Source: an uncultured Candidatus Binatia bacterium (GTDB lineage: Bacteria > Desulfobacterota > Binatia > UBA9968 > JAJDTQ01). Taken from it: a stretch of DNA of 64,000 bases. Below, piece after piece: positions 28,883 through 38,234 of this stretch. Position 1 is the stretch's first letter. Each line of letters opens with the position of its first letter. The notes under the pieces are model-generated. The model had not been told where the DNA came from. It saw only the letters and a list, made by a program, of their open reading frames with translations, and did not search any database. A program made the position numbers and the translations under genes. Location: positions 160,001 to 224,000 of the forward strand of contig OZ244070.1 of assembly GCA_965215605.1 (NCBI GenBank). Reading direction: 5' to 3'.

Positions 28883-29914
28883 ATGCCCGGAGTCGAACAT
28901 TCCGCCAGGGTACGATCGCGCATGCGCACGGCGCTGCTGCGCTGGTACGACCGCAACAAGCGTGACCTGCCTTGGCGCAGGACCGGCGACCCTTACGCCA
29001 TCTGGGTCTCCGAGACCATGCTCCAGCAGACCCAGGTGGCGACCGTGCTTCCCTACTATCGCCGGTTCATGGAGACGTTTCCGACGGTGGAGGCCCTGGA
29101 CCGGGCGTCGCTGGACACGGTCCGGAGCGTCTGGAGCGGTCTGGGGTACTACCGGCGGGCCGCCAACCTGAAACAGGCCGTGCGTGAATTGGTGGACCGT
29201 CACAGCGGCACGCTGCCGGCGGACTACCAGGCGTTGTTGCGCCTGCCGGGCATCGGGCGGTATACGGCCGGCGCGATCATGAGCATCGCCTTCGGACGGC
29301 GCCACGCCGCACCGGACGGCAACGTCCGGCGCGTCTACGCGCGCCTGCTGGGCCTGACGGACGCCAGGAAGATCGACAGTGCGGCCGAAGAAATGGTGTC
29401 CCGATCCCGTCCCGGAGATTTCAATCAGGCGTTGATGGAGCTAGGCGCCACCGTCTGCCTTCCCGGAACACCCCTGTGCGACCGTTGTCCCCTGGCCCAC
29501 TGGTGCGACGCACGGGCGTCCCGTAACTTCGACGTCCCACGCCGGCAACCCGTACGCGCCAAAGCGATTCATTGGCCGCTGGTGTTCGTGGAGTCGCGGT
29601 CCCGGGTCCTGCTTCACCGCCGCCCCGACAGCGGCCTGCTGGCCGGCCTGTGGGAGTTGCCCACGCCGGACACGCTGCCGGAGGGACTCGCCGACGAAAC
29701 GCTTCGGCAAACCGAACCCGTAGCGGTCATCCGTCATGCCATCACCGACAAGCGAATCGCCGCTCCGGTCTACGTGCTGCGACGAAGGATCGGAGTGCGG
29801 GGAGATGTATGGCGCTGGGTCGACTTGGACGACCTTTCCTCCCATCCCCTCTCCTCGCTCAGCACCAAGGCCATCGGTGCCGTGCGCAGCCATCTCCGCT
29901 CACTTCGCGATTGA
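28883..29914 (+). CDS. mutY: A/G-specific adenine glycosylase
   Basis: RDLPWR, SETMLQQT, GLGYY, LPGIGRYTA, DGNVRR and a CX6CX2CX5C cluster; start may be 28922. Confidence 0.93.
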   Translation: MPGVEHSARVRSRMRTALLRWYDRNKRDLPWRRTGDPYAIWVSETMLQQTQVATVLPYYRRFMETFPTVEALDRASLDTVRSVWSGLGYYRRAANLKQAVRELVDRHSGTLPADYQALLRLPGIGRYTAGAIMSIAFGRRHAAPDGNVRRVYARLLGLTDARKIDSAAEEMVSRSRPGDFNQALMELGATVCLPGTPLCDRCPLAHWCDARASRNFDVPRRQPVRAKAIHWPLVFVESRSRVLLHRRPDSGLLAGLWELPTPDTLPEGLADETLRQTEPVAVIRHAITDKRIAAPVYVLRRRIGVRGDVWRWVDLDDLSSHPLSSLSTKAIGAVRSHLRSLRD

Positions 29915-29951
29915 CGCTGGCATGGCACCCCGGTATGATCAGGTCATACCG
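29911..29951 (+). promoter_or_regulatory. Sigma70 promoter with an inverted-repeat operator over the -10 box
   Basis: TTGACG-N17-TATGAT (29911-29939); CGGTATGA-N5-TCATACCG (29931-29951). Confidence 0.8.
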
Positions 29952-29964
29952 AAGGTTCACCCAT

Positions 29965-30234
29965 ATGACTGTGAAGACCACGCTCAGTTTCACGGACCGC
30001 CACCACCACTTTCTGGTGCAGAAGGTCAACGATGGCGTATTCGCCAGCCAAAGCGCCGCCGTGGCAGCAGCCCTCGAGCAGATGATCCAGGATGAGGTGG
30101 AGCGGGAAGTGGCGCTCACCGCGCTGGCCGAGGAGATCCGCGCCCGCGCGCAGACACCGCATTCCGAGTTCGTCGATCGGGAGCAGGCCTTTTCGGCCGC
30201 GCACGCCGCGATTGAAACGGCTCGCAAGAAATGA
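29965..30234 (+). CDS. ParD-like ribbon-helix-helix antitoxin
   Basis: MTVKTTLSFTD..V..GVFASQSAAV; ATGA overlap with the toxin gene. Confidence 0.8.
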   Translation: MTVKTTLSFTDRHHHFLVQKVNDGVFASQSAAVAAALEQMIQDEVEREVALTALAEEIRARAQTPHSEFVDREQAFSAAHAAIETARKK

Positions 30235-30548
30235 ACTACAGCCTCCGGTTCCATCCGCTGGTGGGACAGGATCTCGAAACCATCGTTCGATGGATCATCG
30301 ACCACGCGGGCAGCGAGGCGGCCGCCCAGAGACTGCACGAAATCGAGGAGACGATCATGAGCCTGGCCCGCGTGCCACACAAGGGATCGATCCGTAACGA
30401 GATCGCACTGGGGTTGCAGGCCATCCCCGCCGGACGGAAAGCTATCATTGCGTTCACGGTGGACGACACGGCCAAGGAGGTCTTCATTTTCGCCGTCTCG
30501 TATGGCGGCGCGGATTGGGTGGCTCGCACGCGCGCCCGATCCCGGTAG
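30231..30548 (+). CDS. RelE/ParE family toxin
   Basis: YSLRFHP....DLETI..WI..., L...P.KG..R and V.YGG.D pattern. Confidence 0.85.
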   Translation: MNYSLRFHPLVGQDLETIVRWIIDHAGSEAAAQRLHEIEETIMSLARVPHKGSIRNEIALGLQAIPAGRKAIIAFTVDDTAKEVFIFAVSYGGADWVARTRARSR

Positions 30549-30563
30549 CCTTGCCGACCACGG

Positions 30564-31268
30564 CTACCGTGCATCAGCCCGAGGGAACCGCCGGCTTATC
30601 CACGCGTGGGTTCTGGGACGGCGGCCGCGCAGCGTGCGCGAACATTCGAAATCCCGCCGAAGCCGCTCCAGGTCCTCCACCACGTCGACATCGTAGGTGC
30701 GGGCCACCATGCGGACCCGGAGCTCCAGTTGCCGCGCCCGGGCCAGGCTGTCCTCCAGCACCGACGCGGTGCTCCAGACCATGCCGCTGAAGAGACCCTC
30801 TTCGGGCCCGTTGAGGCCGATCAGGTAGTAGCCGCCGTCATCCGCGGGCCCTAGGACCAGATCGCACCGGTTCCGTTCCAGGACTTCGCACGCCTCCCGG
30901 ACCGAAGCTGCCCTGAGAGTGACGATGTCGCTTCCGACCACAAGCACCTGCCGGTACCCCACGTGGAAGAGGTCCGTGAATACCGCGTGCATGCGCTCGC
31001 CCAGCGACGCTCCCCGCTGGGGCAGCAGCCCGATACCAGGTTCCGGAAGGCGCTGGAAGTAGTCCCGGCTGCGCTCCGCATACGCCACCCACGTATCCCA
31101 CCGTGTCGATGGCGCCAGTTCGTGCAGCACGTCCCGCAGCACGCACTCGTAGAATTCGGCCGCCTGCTCCGGATCGAAAGGCGGGCACAACCGGGTCTTG
31201 ACCCTTCCGGCCAAGGGCGCGCGTCCCATGACGGCCAGCGCGGGCTTGAGGGAATTTACCTGCGTCAC
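30564..31268 (-). CDS. TIGR04282/DUF2064 family glycosyltransferase-like protein
   Basis: P..GRVKTRL, QRG.SLGERM, GSD, LGPADDGGYYLIG, WST and DVD..EDL motifs; start approximate. Confidence 0.88.
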   Translation of the reverse strand: MTQVNSLKPALAVMGRAPLAGRVKTRLCPPFDPEQAAEFYECVLRDVLHELAPSTRWDTWVAYAERSRDYFQRLPEPGIGLLPQRGASLGERMHAVFTDLFHVGYRQVLVVGSDIVTLRAASVREACEVLERNRCDLVLGPADDGGYYLIGLNGPEEGLFSGMVWSTASVLEDSLARARQLELRVRMVARTYDVDVVEDLERLRRDFECSRTLRGRRPRTHAWISRRFPRADAR

Positions 31269-31350
31269 CAAATCAACTATAAATGATCGCGCCCTTGAAA
31301 TCGGCCCCCGGCGCACGGCCAAGCCGCCGATACCTCCGGAAGACGATTCC

Positions 31351-32196
31351 ATGCGCAACTATTGGAAACTTGCGCCGGCCATAGCGCTGGCATGCTGCCT
31401 CGTGGGCAACCGGGCGTTGGCTGCGCCCGCGGCCGAGCTCTGGCCGCGGTGGCAGAAGCATGATCCCGCCGACACCCGCGCCATCGACCATTCGGCGTGG
31501 GGGGCGTTCCTGAAACGGTACCTGGTGACGGGCCACCCGTCCGGGGTGAACCGGGTCCGCTACGGCGACGTCGCCAAGACCGGCAAGTCCGCCCTCGACG
31601 GCTACATCGCGCGCCTGGAGAAGCTGCCCATATCCACCTACGGCCGCAACGCGCAGCAGGCCTACTGGATCAACCTCTACAACGCTCTGACCGTACGCGT
31701 GGTAGCGGAGCATTTCCCGGTGAAATCCATCAAGGACATCCGCCTGTCGTCCGGCCTGTTCGGGGGACTCTTCGGCGGCGGCCCCTGGAAGGCCAAGCTG
31801 GCCACGGTCGAGGGAGAGAAGATCTCGCTGGACGACATCGAGCACCGGATTCTGCGGCCCATCTGGCGGGACAACCGGGTCCACTACGCGGTCAACTGCG
31901 CCAGCATCGGCTGCCCGAACCTGCAGGCCGAGCCCTTTACCTCCGGAAACCTGGAACGCCTCCTGGATGGCGGCGCGCGGGAATACGTCAACCACTCAAG
32001 GGGAGCCGCCATCGCCGGCGGACGGCTGCGGGCGTCGAGCATCTACGACTGGTTCCAGGCCGACTTCGGCGGCAACAGGGACGGCGTCGTGCAGCATCTG
32101 AAGCAGCACGCGAAACCGGCGCTGCGGAAACGGCTGGAAGGCTACGGCGGAAAGCTCGACTTCCACTACGACTGGAGCCTGAACGCCGGCCGGTAA
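31351..32196 (+). CDS. DUF547 domain secreted protein
   Basis: Signal peptide; AYWINLYNALT, SLDDIEH.ILR, RVHYAVNCASIGCP and YDWSLN motifs. Confidence 0.9.
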   Translation: MRNYWKLAPAIALACCLVGNRALAAPAAELWPRWQKHDPADTRAIDHSAWGAFLKRYLVTGHPSGVNRVRYGDVAKTGKSALDGYIARLEKLPISTYGRNAQQAYWINLYNALTVRVVAEHFPVKSIKDIRLSSGLFGGLFGGGPWKAKLATVEGEKISLDDIEHRILRPIWRDNRVHYAVNCASIGCPNLQAEPFTSGNLERLLDGGAREYVNHSRGAAIAGGRLRASSIYDWFQADFGGNRDGVVQHLKQHAKPALRKRLEGYGGKLDFHYDWSLNAGR

Positions 32197-32226
32197 CGGC
32201 GCCGGTACTCCGAGGAGGCATGTTTC

Positions 32227-32925
32227 ATGAACCAACGGATCGTCAAGATAGCAGTAGTCGTGCTGGTGGCGGCCCTCATCGCCGCCTTTTTCATCTTCGA
32301 CCTCGGACAGTACTTCAATCTGGAATTCATCAAGGCCCAGCGCGACGCCTACCAAAGCTACTACCAGCAGAACCCGGTGATCACCATCGCGGCCTACGCC
32401 GTGATCTACATCGCGGTGACGGCCCTCTCGCTCCCGGGCGCGGCGATCATGACGCTGCTGGGCGGCGCGCTGTTCGGAGTGGTCACGGGCACCATCATCG
32501 TTTCCTTCTGCAGCACCATCGGCGCCACCCTGGCGTTCCTGGTGGCGCGCCTTCTCCTGCGGGACAGCATCCAGAGCAAGTTCGGAGACAGGCTCGAGAC
32601 CATTAACAACGGCATCGCCAGGGAGGGCATGTTCTACCTCTTCACCATGCGACTGATCCCGGCGATCCCATTCTTCGTCATCAACCTCGTCATGGGGCTC
32701 ACGCCCATCCGCACGGTGCAGTTCTTCTTCGTGAGCCAACTGGGGATGTTTCCGGGCACCATCGTCTTCGTCAACGCGGGCACCCAACTGGCCCAGATCG
32801 ATTCCTTGGCCGGCATCCTCTCGCCCGCGCTGTTGCTTTCGTTCGTGCTGTTGGGGCTGTTCCCTCTCATCGCCAAGAAAGCCATCGGGCTGGTCAACAG
32901 GCGGAGGCAGCCGAAGGCGTCGTAG
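32227..32925 (+). CDS. TVP38/TMEM64 (DedA/SNARE-associated) membrane protein
   Basis: ALSLPGA, GGALFG, GATLAFL.AR, RLIP..PFF.IN and GM.PGT motifs. Confidence 0.92.
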   Translation: MNQRIVKIAVVVLVAALIAAFFIFDLGQYFNLEFIKAQRDAYQSYYQQNPVITIAAYAVIYIAVTALSLPGAAIMTLLGGALFGVVTGTIIVSFCSTIGATLAFLVARLLLRDSIQSKFGDRLETINNGIAREGMFYLFTMRLIPAIPFFVINLVMGLTPIRTVQFFFVSQLGMFPGTIVFVNAGTQLAQIDSLAGILSPALLLSFVLLGLFPLIAKKAIGLVNRRRQPKAS

Positions 32926-32990
32926 GTAGACGGACCGCGAGGTTTCGCGCAGGCGACCTGCTTATAGGAAAGGACCGGGAGAACACACTC

Positions 32991-34520
32991 ATGCGCAACA
33001 TTCCACAACTGTCGCCGCTGGACGAATACAACCAGGTGCTGGGGTCCAACACGCACCCGGCGGACTGGACCAACCCCACCCCGGCCGACCGCTACAACCT
33101 GGTGGTGATCGGCGCCGGGACGGCCGGGCTGGTGACCGCCGCGGGCGCGGCCGGCCTCGGCGCCAAGGTCGCCCTCATCGAGCGCCACTACCTGGGCGGC
33201 GACTGCCTGAACGTCGGCTGCGTGCCGTCCAAGTGCCTCATCCGCTCGTCGCGAGTGGTGGCGGAGATCCGCGACGCCGACCTGTTCGGCATCGGCCGCC
33301 CGGACGACGTGCAGGTGGACTTCGCGGCGGTGATGGAACGCATGCGCCGGATCCGCTCCCACATAAGCCACCACGACTCGGTGAAGCGTTTCAGCGAGCT
33401 GGGCGTCGACGTATTCCTGGGCGATGCCAGCTTCACCGGCCCGGAGACGGTGGAGGTGGACGGCCAGTCGCTGCACTTCAAGAAGGCCGTCATCGCCTCC
33501 GGCGCCCGGGCGGTGGCGCCGCATCCGCCCATCGAAGGGATCGAGGAGGCAGGCTATCTCACCAACGAAACCGTCTTCTCACTCACCGAGCGCCCGGAAA
33601 AGCTGGCGGTCATCGGCGCCGGCCCCATCGGCTGCGAGCTGGCGCAGACCTTCCAGCGCCTAGGCTGCCAGGTGGTGCTGTTCCACAACGGCGACCACAT
33701 CCTCAACCGCGAGGACGCCGAAGCCGCGGACATCGTGCAGAAACAGTTCCTGCGGGAGGGCGTTCAACTGGTGCTCAACAGCGCCATTACCCGCGTGGCC
33801 GCTGAGAACGGCCGCAAGGTGGTCCATTTCGAGGCCGGCGGCAACGCCGACTCGGTGGCCGTGGACGAGATCCTGGTGGGGGCGGGGCGGGCGCCCAACG
33901 TGGACGGCCTGAACCTCGAAGGCGTCGGCGTCGAGTTCCACCCGTTCCGCGGCGTGGTGGTCAACGACTACCTGCAGACCACCAACCCGCGTATCTTTGC
34001 CGGCGGCGACGTCTGCATGGACTGGAAGTTCACCCATGCGGCCGACGCGGCCGCGCGCATCATCATCCAGAACGCGCTCTTCTACAAGAGCAAGAAGCTG
34101 AGCTCGCTGATCATGCCCTGGGCCACCTACACCGACCCGGAGATCGCCCACGTGGGCATGTACGAACGGGACGCCGAGAGCAAGGGCGTGGCCATCGACA
34201 CCTTCACCCGGGAACTCAAGGAAGTGGACCGGGCGCTGGCGGACGGCGAGGAGGAGGGGTTCGTCAAGATCCACGTCCTGAAGGGCAAGGACAAGATCGT
34301 CGGCGGCACCATCGTGGCGCGTCATGCCGGCGAGATGATCAGCGAGATCACCCTGGCCATGGCCGGAAAGGTCGGCCTCGGCACCGTCGCCAACGTCATC
34401 CACCCCTACCCCACCCAGGCCGAGGCCATCAAGCAGACCGGCGACGCCTTCAACCGCACCCGGCTGACGCCGCTGGTGAAGAACATATTCGGGCGCTGGC
34501 TGGCTTGGACCCGGCGGTAG
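32991..34520 (+). CDS. Pyridine nucleotide-disulfide oxidoreductase (mercuric-reductase-like, lacking the C-terminal Cys pair)
   Basis: GAGTAG, GGDCLNVGCVPSK, GAGPIG, FTHAA and HPYPT motifs. Confidence 0.9.
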   Translation: MRNIPQLSPLDEYNQVLGSNTHPADWTNPTPADRYNLVVIGAGTAGLVTAAGAAGLGAKVALIERHYLGGDCLNVGCVPSKCLIRSSRVVAEIRDADLFGIGRPDDVQVDFAAVMERMRRIRSHISHHDSVKRFSELGVDVFLGDASFTGPETVEVDGQSLHFKKAVIASGARAVAPHPPIEGIEEAGYLTNETVFSLTERPEKLAVIGAGPIGCELAQTFQRLGCQVVLFHNGDHILNREDAEAADIVQKQFLREGVQLVLNSAITRVAAENGRKVVHFEAGGNADSVAVDEILVGAGRAPNVDGLNLEGVGVEFHPFRGVVVNDYLQTTNPRIFAGGDVCMDWKFTHAADAAARIIIQNALFYKSKKLSSLIMPWATYTDPEIAHVGMYERDAESKGVAIDTFTRELKEVDRALADGEEEGFVKIHVLKGKDKIVGGTIVARHAGEMISEITLAMAGKVGLGTVANVIHPYPTQAEAIKQTGDAFNRTRLTPLVKNIFGRWLAWTRR

Positions 34521-34554
34521 CGGCCCCTCTGTCACGTGGAGCGGGATTCGCAGG

Positions 34555-36108
34555 CTATTGCTTCAGCCGCCGGCCCAGTGCGATCAGGAACATGACGCTC
34601 TTGCCGGCGGCGTGGGGCGAGAAGAACTCCGTCACGTCGTCGTCGAAGAAGGTGAGCCCCGAGGCGCCGAAACCCTGGGCATAGGCCGCCAGGTAGAGGC
34701 GGCCGGCGGTGACGCTGGCCTCCATGTGCGCCAGGCGGTAGCCGCGGTTGCCGTAACGCGCCAGCACCGGCTCCAGGTCGGCCATGAAGTAGACGTTGAC
34801 GCTGGCGTCGGCAGGGATCTCCTGACCCAGCCCGAGGAAGCCAGCCTCACGGCGGAACTCCCCCTCCTTCAGAAGCTGAAGGCATCCTCTTTCGCGGTCC
34901 AGGACGTAGGTGCCGGGAGCCGCGCCGTCCACGTGGTTGACGATGAGGTAGAGCTGGTTGAGCGGCCGCGCCCCGCCGGGGTCGACGTCCATGGCGACGC
35001 CCCGCGTGGCGTAGTGCAGCGCGTTGGACAAGTGCGCGAAGGTGATGGCCTCGTGGGAGAAACGCCGGGTCGAGCCGCGGCGCACGATCACCTGCTCGAT
35101 GCTGCCGGCGGGAAGCGATGCCGTCGGGACGGTTTCCAGCGGGAGCTCGCGGATGATGGCGACGCTCTCGTCCGCCCCGGCCGCATCGGCGGCGGCCGCC
35201 GGTTCCGCATCCTCTTCCCGCCAACTCCGCACCTCGGCGCCGCTCTCCAGGCTGGACGCCGCGTGCATCTCCCGGATGGAGGGATAGTCCACCTCCTGGC
35301 GGGACAGAGGCCGCGTGACGAAGTCCAGGGCCGGCAAGGGCTCGCCGGACGGCGCCGTGGGCGCACCCGCACGGCCCACGGGCACCAGGCACAAGGCCGC
35401 CTCCTTGTCCGGGTTCAAGCCCAGCAGACGGTTCACCGAGGCTTCGGCGAACCCCATCACCGTGCGAACCGGGATATCCCGCGCCGAGGCCGCCGCCAGG
35501 CAGTTGGCCAGGATGGTGCCGCCGTCCCAGAAGCAGTGCCGGTAGGCGCGGTCGCGATACTTCCAGCTATTGCGCCAGAACGTGGACGCGAAGACCAGGA
35601 CGGCCGGGGCATGGGCCACCGCCGGCTCGCCGCCGCTGGCCTCCACCAGCGCGCCCCGGTGGTCGCCCTTGCGCAAGGGGTTCAGGGCGAACCGCTCGGG
35701 CGCGAAGTGATAGACGCCCGCGTCGAGATCCAGCAGCGGCCCGGCGACAACGTAGATATCGATATGGTAAAGCGCGCCCGTGCACGCCGCCGCCCGGAAG
35801 AGCATCTCGCCGCCGAAATAGCGCCGGCGGCGGGTGACTCCGGCGCAAAGGAACAGCAACTCGCCGAACTCCTTGGGGGTGACCTCACGCTCCCGCTGCG
35901 GCGCGGACCGGGACATGGCCGCCAGGGCGGACACGCCGGACGATGTCAGGTGCTCCTCCAGCGGCAGTGAGTCCAGTTCCTCGTAGACCTTGAAGGGGTG
36001 CGGCTGGTTGTCCCAGTCTAGGTAGTGCGGGCCGCTGCGGATGCTCACGGGAGAGTGCTTGGTCCGCTCATGATAGTCCTTGGCGGACGCGATGTCCCGA
36101 TTACCCAT
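34555..36108 (-). CDS. SagB/ThcOx-type tandem-nitroreductase-domain protein
   Basis: YHERTKH, RAAACTGALY, WKYRDRAYR, RRGSTRRF and GYR motifs. Confidence 0.88.
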   Translation of the reverse strand: MGNRDIASAKDYHERTKHSPVSIRSGPHYLDWDNQPHPFKVYEELDSLPLEEHLTSSGVSALAAMSRSAPQREREVTPKEFGELLFLCAGVTRRRRYFGGEMLFRAAACTGALYHIDIYVVAGPLLDLDAGVYHFAPERFALNPLRKGDHRGALVEASGGEPAVAHAPAVLVFASTFWRNSWKYRDRAYRHCFWDGGTILANCLAAASARDIPVRTVMGFAEASVNRLLGLNPDKEAALCLVPVGRAGAPTAPSGEPLPALDFVTRPLSRQEVDYPSIREMHAASSLESGAEVRSWREEDAEPAAAADAAGADESVAIIRELPLETVPTASLPAGSIEQVIVRRGSTRRFSHEAITFAHLSNALHYATRGVAMDVDPGGARPLNQLYLIVNHVDGAAPGTYVLDRERGCLQLLKEGEFRREAGFLGLGQEIPADASVNVYFMADLEPVLARYGNRGYRLAHMEASVTAGRLYLAAYAQGFGASGLTFFDDDVTEFFSPHAAGKSVMFLIALGRRLKQ

Positions 36109-36155
36109 GGCGCCTCCCAAATTCGTGTGGAAACCTGGTGCCGCGGCCCGAGCCG

Positions 36156-37109
36156 TCACACCGCGATCTGCCAGAAGTGCTTCACCACCGTCCCCAGGGC
36201 ATAGGTCACGGCCACCGCCACCGCCACCAGGAGGACGTTCTGCAGCACGCGGCGCCGGACTTCCATGCCGGACATGAACGACAGCAGCATGGTCACCACC
36301 GCCACCATGCCGCCGCCGACGACGATGGACCACAGCGGGCTGGCGGCGCCCATGAGCACCGGCAGGATCGGGAACAGCGCGCCAAAGAAGTAGGAGGCCG
36401 CCACGGCGACGGCCGCCGACAGCGGACGGGTCTCCTCGGCCGCCTCGGCGTCGGGATCGAAGAAGTGGCGTTTCGCGTTCTCGATCCGTTGAACCTCGAG
36501 CTGGGACCGGGACGAGGCCAGCACGCCCGCCGCCATGGAGATGGAGCCGGCCACCGCCACCGTGAGACTGGCCACCAGCACATAGACGGGATCGCCGAAC
36601 GAGGCATAGAAACCGCTGACGCTGCCCAGCACCTCCACCAGGCCGTCGTTCAGCCCCAGGAAGATATCCCGGACGCGTTCGGCGTTGAGCCGCCTGCCGG
36701 TGAGGTCGGCGACGATCTCGTCCTCGTGGCCGAACTCGTCCCGCAGGATGGCCTTTATCCTCGGGCCCTGCGGCGTGTCCTTGTACTGCTCCCAGAGCGT
36801 CCAGTACTTCTTGATGCCGTAGATCTCGATGGCCTCGAGGATGAGGAAAGTCATGCCGACGCCGAAGAGCCTCCGCATGAGGATGAAGACGCCCAGCCTG
36901 AACCGTTGAAAACGGTTCAGCGACACGTCCTTGAGCCCCGCCATATCGGACCAGAAGGTGACGTGTCCCCGCTCCACGTTCACCAGCTTCGACAGGACGT
37001 TGCGGACCTCGCCGGTCTCCAGGTCGCGAAGCCTGACGTACAGGGCCAGGTCGAACGCTTCGTCCCGGGCGGCCTTGCGGATGAGGCTGTGGTCCTGCGG
37101 TCCGGTCAC
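36156..37109 (-). CDS. Rubrerythrin/ferritin-like plus VIT1/CCC1 fusion (MbfA-like iron exporter)
   Basis: N-terminal E..ExxH..E..ExxH (DEAFD, ERGH, EIYG, EFGH); C-terminal GLNDGL and AGSISMAAG; GTGA overlap with the globin stop. Confidence 0.88.
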   Translation of the reverse strand: MTGPQDHSLIRKAARDEAFDLALYVRLRDLETGEVRNVLSKLVNVERGHVTFWSDMAGLKDVSLNRFQRFRLGVFILMRRLFGVGMTFLILEAIEIYGIKKYWTLWEQYKDTPQGPRIKAILRDEFGHEDEIVADLTGRRLNAERVRDIFLGLNDGLVEVLGSVSGFYASFGDPVYVLVASLTVAVAGSISMAAGVLASSRSQLEVQRIENAKRHFFDPDAEAAEETRPLSAAVAVAASYFFGALFPILPVLMGAASPLWSIVVGGGMVAVVTMLLSFMSGMEVRRRVLQNVLLVAVAVAVTYALGTVVKHFWQIAV

Positions 37110-37516
37110 GACACCTGCCCCAGCGCCTTGCGCCGGGCTTCGGCCGGGTCGCAGTCCGAGCCCCGGTCCCGAGTGATCAGGGAGCGCATGCTCTCGGTGT
37201 GGTCGAGCCACGCCGCGCGCACGGCGTCGGGGACCTGGAACTCGTCGAGGGTCTCGCGCAGGATCTGCAGGCGGCGGGCGAACTGTCCGCCCATGATGGG
37301 ATGGGGGGCGTGGGCCTGTTCAAGGGGGCGGCCCTCGTACTCGATGTCCGCGCCGAGGACGCGGGCCGTAAACTGGAATTCCAGTTCCTTGATCCGGCCG
37401 CGGTCGGCGTTGCGGAAAAAGAAGCCGATCATGAGGTCATCGAAGATCCGGTCCACGAAGACGTCGATGACCTCACGCAGGCGCTTCGCGCCGATATCTT
37501 CGAACAGGGAGGGCGT
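37106..37516 (-). CDS. Truncated (2/2) hemoglobin, group I-like
   Basis: SLFEDIG..RLREVIDVFVDRIFDD.MIGFFF and YEGRPL..AH; start inferred at ACG 37516 after GGAGAG. Confidence 0.85.
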   Translation of the reverse strand, partial: TPSLFEDIGAKRLREVIDVFVDRIFDDLMIGFFFRNADRGRIKELEFQFTARVLGADIEYEGRPLEQAHAPHPIMGGQFARRLQILRETLDEFQVPDAVRAAWLDHTESMRSLITRDRGSDCDPAEARRKALGQVS

Positions 37517-37534
37517 AGGGTTCTCTCCCCGAGC

Positions 37535-37855
37535 CTACTCCTCGGCAGGGTTGAGCAGCGACTCCAGCTCGCCCCGCTCATGCAGCTCGTGGACGATGTC
37601 GCAGCCGCCCACGAACTGCCCGTCGATGTAGACCTGCGGGATGGTGGGCCACTTGGAGTACTGCTTCACGCCATCCCGGACGGCCGGGTCCGACAGCACG
37701 TCGAAGCTCTCGAACTCCGCGTTGTGGGCGCGCAGGATCTCCACCGTGTGGGCCGAGAAACCGCATTGCGGGAAGTTGGGGGTCCCCTTCATGAAGACCA
37801 TCACCCGGTTGTTCTTGACCTGCTCTTCGATCCTGCTGAGTGCGTCATCCGCCAT
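37535..37855 (-). CDS. grxD: Monothiol glutaredoxin (Grx4)
   Basis: FMKGTP..PQCGFS, WPTIPQ and GGCD motifs. Confidence 0.95.
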   Translation of the reverse strand: MADDALSRIEEQVKNNRVMVFMKGTPNFPQCGFSAHTVEILRAHNAEFESFDVLSDPAVRDGVKQYSKWPTIPQVYIDGQFVGGCDIVHELHERGELESLLNPAEE

Positions 37856-37913
37856 GGCTTCGCTCCTTTATTGGTTTGGCATCGGCGCCTGCTTCATGGG
37901 CCCGGCCGACCCG

Positions 37914-38222
37914 TCAGACCTCGACCTCGATGTCGGCCCCCTCCACCCGGACGTTGAACGTGTCGACGCCCGTGTCCGCCGGAGGTCCCGACGCCTCGCC
38001 CGTGGTGATGTCGAACATCGCGCCGTGCCACGGGCACTGGACGTCCTTACCCATCACCTCTCCCTCGGAGAGCGGCGCGCCGCGATGCGTGCAGAAGTCG
38101 TCGATGGCGTAGAAACTCCCATCCACGTTGAACAGCGCGACCCTCCGGCCGTTGACCTCCACCAGCTTGGGCTTGCCGGGTTCCACCTGATCCGTGGTCG
38201 CGACCTTGACATACTCTGCCAT
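37914..38222 (-). CDS. Rieske [2Fe-2S] ferredoxin
   Basis: CTH...CPWH motif in a 102-aa protein. Confidence 0.93.
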   Translation of the reverse strand: MAEYVKVATTDQVEPGKPKLVEVNGRRVALFNVDGSFYAIDDFCTHRGAPLSEGEVMGKDVQCPWHGAMFDITTGEASGPPADTGVDTFNVRVEGADIEVEV

Positions 38223-38234
38223 GCCATGTCTCCC

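Noticed and set aside
32991-34520. merA mercury resistance
   Set aside because: No C-terminal Cys-Cys, no NmerA domain and no mer operon genes
34555-36108. Azole-RiPP biosynthetic cluster
   Set aside because: No YcaO/cyclodehydratase or precursor peptide seen near the SagB-like gene
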